The notes beneath the pieces were generated by a model, which did not search any database, had not been told where the DNA came from, and saw only the letters and a program-made list of their open reading frames with translations. The position numbers and the translations under genes are program-made. Shown here piece after piece: positions 54,067 to 64,000 of a stretch of 64,000 nucleotides of DNA (positions are counted from its first letter, which is position 1; each line of letters begins with the position of its first letter). The stretch comes from Eledone cirrhosa (taxonomy: Eukaryota), in contig OZ024740.1 in the NCBI GenBank assembly GCA_964016885.1, forward strand, positions 176,018,001 through 176,082,000, in the 5' to 3' direction.

Positions 54067-54344
54067 TTTTGGGATCGTTGGCTTGGGATGACACCGGCCT
54101 CATCGAGCAATAGCAAGAAGAAGGACAAAGCTAAAGACCACAAAGAGCCAAGTGGTGGAGTTAAACCGGACGACCGACTTAACTAACTATAGATCACCAT
54201 TGTTACCACCATAGCCTCACTCACTACTACCACCACAACCACTACCATTAACGTCACCACTAATGTTATCTCTGACATTGCTGACACCACTCACACCACT
54301 ACTGCTACCTCTGATAATACTGCTACCACCACTGACAGAATCAT

Positions 54345-57300
54345 TGACACCACCACTAACACCACCATTGCTATCAACATTAATACTACAACTCCCACCA
54401 CCATTAACACCACCATTGCCACCAACACTAACACCACGACTGCCACCACCACTAACACCACCATTGCCACTATCACTAATACCACGACTGCCACCACCAC
54501 TAACACCACCATTGCCACCAACACTAATACCACGACTGCCACCACCACTAACACCACCATTGCCACCAACACTAACACCACGACTGCCACCACCACTAAC
54601 ACCACCATTGCCACCAACACTAATACCACGACTGCCAACACCACTAACACCACCATTGCTACCAACACTAACACCACGACTGCCACCACCACTAACACCA
54701 CCATTACCACTATCACTAACACCACGACTGCCACCACCACTAACACCACCATTGCCACCAACACTAACACCACGACTGCCACCACCATTAACACCACCAT
54801 TGCCACCAACACTAACACCACGACTGCCACCACCACTAACACCACCATTGCCACCAACACTAACACCACGACTGCCACCACCACTAACACCACCATTGCC
54901 ACCAACACTAACACCACGACTGCCACCACCACTAACACCACCATTGCCACCAACACTAACACCACGACTGCCACCACCACTAACACCACCATTGCTATCA
55001 ACATTAATACCACAACTCCCACCACCACTAACACCACCATTGCCACCAACACTAACACCACGACTGCCACCACCACTAACACCACCATTGCCACCGACAC
55101 TAACACCACGACTGCCACCACCACTAACACCACCATTGCTACTATCACTAATACCACAACTCCCACCACCACTAACACCACCATTGCCACTATCACTAAT
55201 ACCACGACTGCCACCACCACTAACACCACCATTGCTACCAACACTAATACCACGACTGCCACCACCACTAACACCACCATTGCTACCAACACTAACACCA
55301 CGACTGCCACCACCACTAACACCACCATTGCCACTATCACTAATACCACGACTGCCACCACCACTAACACCACCATTGCTATCAACATTAATACCACAAC
55401 TCCCACCACCATTAACACCACCATTGCCACCGACACTAACACCACGACTGCCACCACCACTAACACCACCATTGCCACCAACACTAACACCACGACTGCC
55501 ACCACCACTAACACCACCATTGCCACCAACACTAATACCACGACTGCCACCACCACTAACACCACCATTGCTACCAACACTAACACCACGACTGCCACCA
55601 CCACTAACACCACCATTGCCACCAACACTAACACCACGACTGCCACCACCACTAACACCACCATTGCTACCAACACTAATACCACGACTGCCACCACCAC
55701 TAACACCACCATTGCTACCAACACTAACACCACGACTGCCACCACCACTAACACCACCATTGCCACTATCACTAATACCACGACTGCCACCACCACTAAC
55801 ACCACCATTGCTACCAACACTAATACCATGACTGCCACCACCACTAACACCACCATTGCCACCAACACTAACACCACGACTGCCACCACCACTAACACCA
55901 CCATTGCCACTATCACTAATACCACGACTGCCACCACCACTAACACCACCATTGCTACCAACACTAATACCACGACTGCCACCAGCACTAACACCACCAT
56001 TGCTACCAACACTAATACCACGACTGCCACCACCACTAACACCACCATTGCCACGAACACTAACACCACGACTGCCACCACCACTAACACCACCATTGCC
56101 ACTATCACTAATACCACGACTGCCACCACCACTAACACCACCATTGCTACCAACACTAACAGCACGACTGCCACCACCACTAACACCACCATTACCACTA
56201 TCACTAACACCACGACTGCCACCACCACTAACACCACCATTACCACTATCACTAACACTACGACTGCCACCACCACTAACACCACCATTACCACTATCAC
56301 TAACACCACGACTGCCACCACCACTAACACCACCATTGCTACCAACACTAACACCACGACTGCCACCACCACTAACACCACCATTGCCACCAACACTAAC
56401 ACCACGACTGCCACCACCACTAACACCACCATTACCACTATCACTAACACCACGACTGCCACCACCACTAACACCACCATTACCACTATCACTAACACTA
56501 CGACTGCCACCACCACTAACACCACCATTGCTACCAACACTAACACTACGACTGCCACCACCACTAACACCACCATTACCACTATCACTAACACCACGAC
56601 TGCCACCACCACTAACACCACCATTGCCACGAACACTAACACCACGACTGCCACCACCACTAACACCACCATTGCCACCAACACTAACACCACGACTGCC
56701 ACCACCACTAACACCACCATTACCACTATCACTAACACCACGACTGCCACCACCACTAACACCACCATTACCACTATCACTAACACCACGACTGCCACCA
56801 CCATTAACACCACCATTGCCACCAACACTAACACCACGACTGCCACCACCACTAACACCACCATTGCCACGAACACTAACACCACGACTGCCACCACCAC
56901 TAACACCACCATTGCCACCAACACTAACACCACGACTGCCACCACCACTAACACCACCATTGCCACCAACACTAACACCACGACTGCCACCACCACTAAC
57001 ACCACCATTGCTACCAACACTAATACCACGACTGCCACCACCACTAACACCACCATTGCCACCGACACTAACACCACGACTGCCACCACCACTAACACCA
57101 CCATTGCCACCAACACTAATACCACGACTGCCACCAGCACTAACACCACCATTGCTACCAACACTAATACCACGACTGCCACCACCACTAACACCACCAT
57201 TGCTACCAACACTAATACCATGACTGCCACCACCACTAACACCACCATTGCCACCGACACTAACACCACGACTGCCACCACCACTAACACCACCATTGCT

Positions 57301-59255
57301 ACCAACACTAATACCACGACTGCCACCACCATTAACACCACCATTGCCACCGACACTAACACCACGACTGCCACCACCACTAACACCACCATTGCTACCA
57401 ACACTAACACCACGACTGCCACCACCACTAACACCACCATTGCTACCAACACTAATACCATGACTGCCACCACCACTAACACCACCATTGCTACCAACAC
57501 TAATACCACGACTGCCACCACCACTAACACCACCATTGCTACCAACACTAATACCACGACTGCCACCACCACTAACACCACCATTGCTACCAACACTAAT
57601 ACCATGACTGCCACCACCACTAACACCACCATTGCTACCAACACTAATACCACGACTGCCACCAGCACTAACACCACCATTGCCACCGACACTAACACCA
57701 CGACTGCCACCACCACTAACACCATCATTGCTATCAACATTAATACCACAACTCCCACCACCACTAACACCACCATTGCCACCATCACTAACACCACGAC
57801 TGCCACCACCACTAACACCACCATTGCCACCAACACTAACACCACGACTGCCACCACCACTAACACCACCATTGCCACCGACACTAACACCACGACTGCC
57901 ACCACCACTAACACCACCATTGCTACCAACACTAATACCACGACTGCCACCACCACTAACACCACCATTGCCACCGACACTAACACCACGACTGCCACCA
58001 CCACTAACACCACCATTGCTACCAACACTAATACCACGACTGCCACCACCATTAACACCACCATTGCCACCAACACTAACACCACAACTCCCACCACCAC
58101 TAACACCACCATTGCCACCATCACTAACACCACGACTGCCACCACCACTAACACCACCATTGCCACCAACACTAACACCACGACTGCCACCACCACTAAC
58201 ACCATCATTGCTATCAACATTAATACCACAACTCCCACCACCACTAACACCACCATTGCCACCATCACTAACACCACGACTGCCACCACCACTAACACCA
58301 CCATTGCCACCAACACTAACACCACGACTGCCACCACCACTAACACCATCATTGCTATCAACATTAATACCACAACTCCCACCACCACTAACACCACCAT
58401 TGCCACCATCACTAACACCACGACTGCCACCACCACTAACACCACCATTGCTACCAACACTAACACCACGACTGCCACCACCACTAACACCACCATTGCT
58501 ACCAACACTAACACCACGACTGCCACCACCACTAACACCACCATTGCCACCAACACTAACACCACGACTGCCACCACCACTAACACCACCATTGCTACCA
58601 ACACTAATACCACGACTGCCACCACCATTAACACCACCATTGCCACCAACACTAACACCACAACTCCCACCACCACTAACACCACCATTGCCACCATCAC
58701 TAACACCACGACTGCCACCACCACTAACACCACCATTGCTACCAACACTAATACCACGACTGCCACCACCACTAACACCACCATTGCCACTATCACTAAC
58801 ACCACGACTGCCACCACCACTAACACCACCATTGCCACTATCACTAATACCACGACTGCCACCACCACTAACACCACCATTGCTACCAACACTAATACCA
58901 TGACTGCCACCACCACTAACACCACCATTGCCACCAACACTAACACCACGACTGCCACCACCACTAACACCACCATTGCCACTATCACTAATACCACGAC
59001 TGCCACCACCACTAACACCACCATTGCTACCAACACTAATACCATGACTGCCACCACCACTAACACCACCATTGCTACCAACACTAATACCACGACTGCC
59101 ACCACCACTAACACCACCATTGCCACGAACACTAACACCACGACTGCCACCACCACTAACACCACAATTGCCACGAACACTAACACCACGACTGCCACCA
59201 CCACTAACACCACCATTGCCACTATCACTAACACCACGACTGCCACCACCACTGA
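54345..59255. repeat. 48-bp minisatellite, ~100 copies
   Basis: Unit accaccattgccaccaacactaacaccacgactgccaccaccactaac; register maintained across the array. Confidence 0.97.
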
Positions 59256-59699
59256 CACCTCCATTAACACTACTTTAACACCACCTCTGACATTGCAGCC
59301 ACCATTATTCCCACCACAACTCACAACACTGCTAAAAACACCACCACCATCACCACCATCATCATCACCATTGCCACCACTACTCACATCATCACTAACT
59401 CTACCTCTGACTCCATAGCCGACACTCCTTACTGACATTAACACTGACAACAACATCATCTCAATCCCTAATACTACATCATGACACCGTTACCACCATA
59501 TTGGCACCATACCGCCCCTATCAATAAGCCACGGTCCCACCTACACCACAATATTTATTACAAAATAAGATAATTATATAATTAGCTCTGATTACAACAA
59601 ATATACAACAATGTACTATATTTTAATTCAATTTAATGAGGAAATAATAACAATAATGATCTAAAGAACAAAATATATGCTTGCTATGATGGTGATGAT

Positions 59700-61300
59700 A
59701 GATGATGGTGGTGGTAGTGGGGTGATGGTGGTAGTGGGGTGATGATAGTGGTAGTTGTGGTAGTGGTGGTGGCGGTGGTATAAGTGGTTGTTTTGTTGGT
59801 GGTGATGATGGTTGTGGTGGTGGTGGTGGTGGTAGGTGGTGGTGGTAGTGGTGTTTGTAATAATAGTGTTGGTTGTGATAATGGTGGTGGCGGGTGTGGT
59901 GGTGGTGGTGGTAGTGGTGGCAGTGGTGGTGGTGGTGGTGGTGGTAGTGGTGGTGGTGGTGGTGTTTGTAATAATAATGTTGGTTGTGATAATGGTGGTA
60001 GTGGCGGTGGTGGTGGTATTGGTGGTGGTGGCGGTGGTAGTGGTGGTGGTGGTGGCGGTAGTGGTATTTGTAATAATAGTGTTGGTTGTGATAATGGTGG
60101 TAGTGGCGGTGGTGGTGGTGGTGGTGGTATTGGTGGTGGTGGTGGTGGTGGTAGTGGTGGTGGTGGTATTGGTGGTGGTGGCGGTAGTGGTGTTTGTAAT
60201 AATAGTGTTGGTTGTGATAATGGTGGTAGTGGCGGTGGTGGTGGTGGTGGTGGTAGTGGTGGTGGTGGTGGTGGTATTGGTGGTGGTGGTGGTGGTGGCG
60301 GTAGTGGTGGTAGTGGTGGTGGTGGTGGTGGTGGTAGTGGTGGTGGTAGTGGTGGTATTGGTGGTGGTGGTGGCGGTAGTGGTATTTGTAATAATAGTGT
60401 TGGTTGTGATAATGGTGGTAGTGGCGGTGGTGGTGGTGGTGGTGGTGGTAGTGGTGGTGGTGGTCGTGGTATTGGTGGTGGTGGTGGCGGTGGCGGTAGT
60501 GGTGGTAGTGGTGGTGGTGGTGGTGGTATTGGTGGTGGTGGTGGTGGTGGTAGTGGTGGTGGTGGTGGTGGTGGTATTGGTGGTGGTGGTGGCGGTGGCG
60601 GTAGTGGTGTTTGTAATAATAGTGTTGGTTGTGATAATGGTGGTAGTGGCGGCGGTGGTGGTGTTGGTGGTAGTGGTGGTGGTGGGGGTGGTATTGTCGG
60701 TGGTGGTGGTGGTGGTGGCAGTGGTGGTGGTGGCGGTGGTGGTGGTGGTGGTGGCAGTGGTGGTGGTGGCGGTAGTGGTGTTTGTAATAATAGTGTTGGT
60801 TGTGATAATGGTGGTAGTGGCGGTGGTGGTGGTGGTGGTGGTGGTGGTGGTGGGGGTGGTATTGTCGGTGGTGGTGGTGGTGGTGGCAGTGGTGGTGGTG
60901 GCGGTGGTGGTGGTGGTGGTGGCAGTGGTGGTGGTGGCGGTAGTGGTGTTTGTAATAATAGTGTTGGTTGTGATAATGGTGGTAGTGGCGGCGGTGGTGG
61001 TGTTGGTGGTAGTGGTGGTGGTGGGGGTGGTATTGTCGGTGGTGGTGGTGGTGGCAGTGGTGGTGGTGGCGGTGGTGGTGGTGGTGGTGGTGGCAGTGGT
61101 GGTGGTGGCGGTAGTGGTGTTTGTAATAATAGTGTTGGTTGTGATAATGGTGGTGGCGTTGAAATTATTAATCATAGATTTATTGGTGATGATAATGATG
61201 TTGGTGGTGCTGCTGCTGCTTGTAGTGATGGTGGCAGTGATGTTGGTGATGGTAGCGGTAATAATGGTGGTGGTGGTGGTGGTGGTGGTGGTGCTATTGC
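59700..61300. repeat. (GGT)n-based array with 9 copies of a ~30-bp motif
   Basis: (g/a)tttgtaataata(g/a)tgttggttgtgataat at ~59852, 59963, 60065, 60192, 60384, 60608, 60779, 60947 and 61118. Confidence 0.92.
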
Positions 61301-61519
61301 TGGTAGGGATTGTTGCGGTGACGGTAGTATTAGTGTCAGGGTTGTGGTGTTGATGGGGTAGCGATTATGGTGGTTATGGGGCTGTTCCTGTTTGTCATGG
61401 TGGAAGTGATGGTGGCGGCGGCGGTTGCGGTATTGATGTAGTGGTGCTTAGGGTGGTTTGTGATGCTGGTGTTGGTGGTCATGATGCTGGTAGTTGGGGC
61501 GGTTGTGATAATGGTTTCT

Positions 61520-61680
61520 GATTTAGGCACAAGGCCAGCAAGTTTTTGGGGAAAGGGAAAGTCGATTCAATCGACTCCAGTACATTACCTATACTTTAAT
61601 TTATCGATCCCGTAAAGATGAAAGGCAAAGCTAACCTCGGCGGGATTTGAACTCAGAACGTAAAGGGCCGTAACTTTATG
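61520..61680 (-). mobile_element. SINE, older subfamily of the same family
   Basis: ggcacaaggccagc...gatgaaaggcaaag..cggcgggatttgaactcag. More diverged pieces at ~15545-15710, 16030-16120, 33590-33710, 39240-39345, 42950-43090, 61720-61820 and 62470-62540. Confidence 0.8.
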
Positions 61681-61818
61681 CCTGATAATGAATGTCGTTA
61701 AGCAGCGGAGTATTTATCCTAGATCTCACTGCTCTGCGTTCAAATCACATCGAAATCAACTTAGCTTTTTATCCTTTAGAGGTCGATAAATAAAGTACCA
61801 ATTCAATACTGGGGTTGA

Positions 61819-61862
<44 letters not shown>

Positions 61863-63259
61863 CTCAGAAAGAAATCGACTATGTTCCGAACTGGAGAGGG
61901 ATGGGATCTGTTAGATTTAAATACATAAGACATACTGTTGCGACACTCTCAGAAAGGTTATGGTAGTTGTTGGTGGTGGTAGTGTTAGTGATGATGATGT
62001 TAGTGGTAGTGGTGCTTTTTGAGATGGTGATGACAGTAGTAGTGACTATGTTAGTGACGATGGTGGAGTTGATGATCGTGATAATTGTGGTAGTGGGAGT
62101 AGTGGTGATGGTAATGAGAGTTTTGATGTTGTTGGTGATAGGGGCCGTCGGGTGATGCTAGTGGTGTTGGTGGATAATGGTAGGATTATTTTGGTGGTGA
62201 AATTGGTAGTGGTAATGCTGGTAGTGATGGCAGAGGTGTTGTTTTCTACTAAAAGTCAATCCAAGCAAGTCCATTTTCTTACTCCTAGGCAAAGGACTAT
62301 GAGAAAGGCATGCGTGTTGGCGATGGTGGTGGTGGGGAGATGTCTGGTGGTTTTAATGAGGGTATTAATGGTAATGTTAGTGTTGGTGGAGAAGGTAGTG
62401 TGCAATAATGATTTCTCATTTATGCACAAGTCCAACAATTGTTTTCGTGTGTGTGTGTGGGTGGGGGGGATCGATTATATCGATCCAGTACATTACTGGT
62501 GCTTTATTTTATTGAGCCAGTAGGGATGAAAGGCAAAAAGAGACCGTTCGAGCCAACTTGCTTTTCCTGTTTAATAGGTGGTGGTCGTATATCGATATCG
62601 GTTATAAGGAGGAAGGTGATATGATGAGTTATGTAAGTATTTGTTTGTAATACATTAAGTGACAACTTCAGGTCCGGATAAAGACTTTTAGAGAGCTTAA
62701 GCACTGAAAAGATTATGGTACAGCTAATATGCTGTATATTGAAAGAGAAACTCCGTGGGACCCTTCATTAGTTGAGGCTCTAAGCACGAGTTTATGTTGC
62801 TTCATGTTTAATCTACAGCTGGATCAATTAGCGGTTGTTGCTGTTTAGTTTCAAGTCAGCCCTGGGCGAACATATCTTTATGGGGTGGGGTGGTAGGGTT
62901 GTAGGGTGTTGGTGTTACTTAGCTTTAAGTCAGTCTTAATTACGTAGGGTGTCTGGTAAATTCACAGCATAGTAAATTGTTTTTTTTTTCTGTATATATT
63001 GAGTAAAATTAATACTAATAACGTTTTGTCTTTGGATGTATTTTTCATTGCTAATGAAATATGTATTTCCTGTGCAGTTGTGACTGGGTGATTAAGAAAT
63101 TAGTATCGCGATCATGAACTTCTGTGTTTATTGTTGCGTCGGCTCGACCCAAGAATTGTAAGTGAAATTGAGTAGATGGAAACAGTTCCTCATTGTCAAA
63201 TATTGTGTCACATTCATTCGGCTTAGCATTTACCTGAAAAGTACGTGTCTGTAGAATAC

Positions 63260-63590
63260 TTAACCCGAACTTTGTGTTGGCACTCCGTCGGCTTAGATGA
63301 TAAATGTTCCAGTTGTTTGATCAACATAACCACCTGCAAGTGGCTGAGCATTCCTCAGATGCGTGTAACTTTAATGTAGTTCTGAGGGAGATTTAGCATG
63401 ACAAAGTTTGTGACGAGGGTGGCCTTTTTGAATTGCAGGTACAGCTGATTTTTACCAGCTGGGCGGGATGGAGCAACGTAAAATATAGTGTGTTGCTCTA
63501 TGACGCAACGTGTCGCTGGGAATCGAACTCACGACCTTACCATCGTGAGCCAAACATCCCAACCATTAATCCCCGCGCTTTCACAATACT
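63260..63590 (-). mobile_element. Second tRNA-derived SINE family, diverged
   Basis: Reverse complement of a tRNA-like head (ggctcacgatggtaaggtcgtgagttcgattccc) at ~63515-63580. Recalled similarity to octopus SINEs, not verified. Confidence 0.6.
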
Positions 63591-64000
63591 TAATCACTTC
63601 CACGTCAAATCAAGACTGAACAACTGAACGTTCATTGTTTCAACCAATGGAGGTTCCATCATTTACTGTGCGAACGTATGTATGTATGTATGAAACCCGT
63701 AACTCTTGGTGGAGTCGTAGGGGCACCATAATGACATACAGCAGGTCATGGGAATATTTAATCCTGGCGGAGTCCATTTCCTCTCCATGTCTGAAAACAA
63801 CTGATTTCTAGAGAAATAAAGAGAGAAAGAGAATGATAGAGAGGGAGTGATAAAGAGATACAGCGGAACAATTTATTTGTCATGTAATTTTGGTCGATGT
63901 ATTTACAGAGATGCAACTATATGAAATGTATTTACAACAAACCATTAAACAGGCCAATGATCAAATGCATCCCAACATGACTATCACGTATTTATCCTAT

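Noticed and set aside
54291-59459. 1722-aa Val-rich reverse ORF and Pro/Leu-rich forward ORFs
   Set aside because: Alternative frames of the minisatellite; implausible composition, and the Pro frame is interrupted by stops.
59852-61150. CRISPR-like pattern of a constant ~30-bp motif with variable spacers
   Set aside because: Spacers are (GGT)n variants of uneven length rather than unique sequence; eukaryotic context and no cas genes.

Overview
AT-rich, microsatellite-saturated animal genomic DNA. The SINE/LINE/Penelope repertoire and (TA)n/(CA)n/(CATA)n density suggest a cephalopod such as Octopus; that assignment is an inference. I can support no host protein-coding exon, and nearly all listed ORFs are microsatellite artefacts or decayed transposon frames. 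Recognisable content: a near full-length Tx1/L1-type LINE (~25.0-30.4 kb, -), an internally deleted RTE-type LINE (19.5-22.3 kb, -), a 5'-truncated R4/Dong-like RLE LINE within (CATA)n (45.1-47.6 kb, -), several RTE-type fragments, a decayed mariner, a probable non-autonomous Helitron, many copies of a tRNA-derived SINE with TSDs, a ~5 kb 48-bp minisatellite and a (GGT)n array with a recurring 30-bp motif. The most striking signal is a dense set of Penelope-like (PLE) remnants and short non-coding direct-plus-inverted-repeat elements. They carry about a dozen hand-identifiable type I hammerhead ribozyme motifs from unrelated families. Many have palindromic loop 3 and unusually long stem II inserts, one family has a CAGAAGA core, and fold-back junctions repeatedly fall at or within the ribozyme. 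All structures were paired by eye and coordinates are approximate at element edges.
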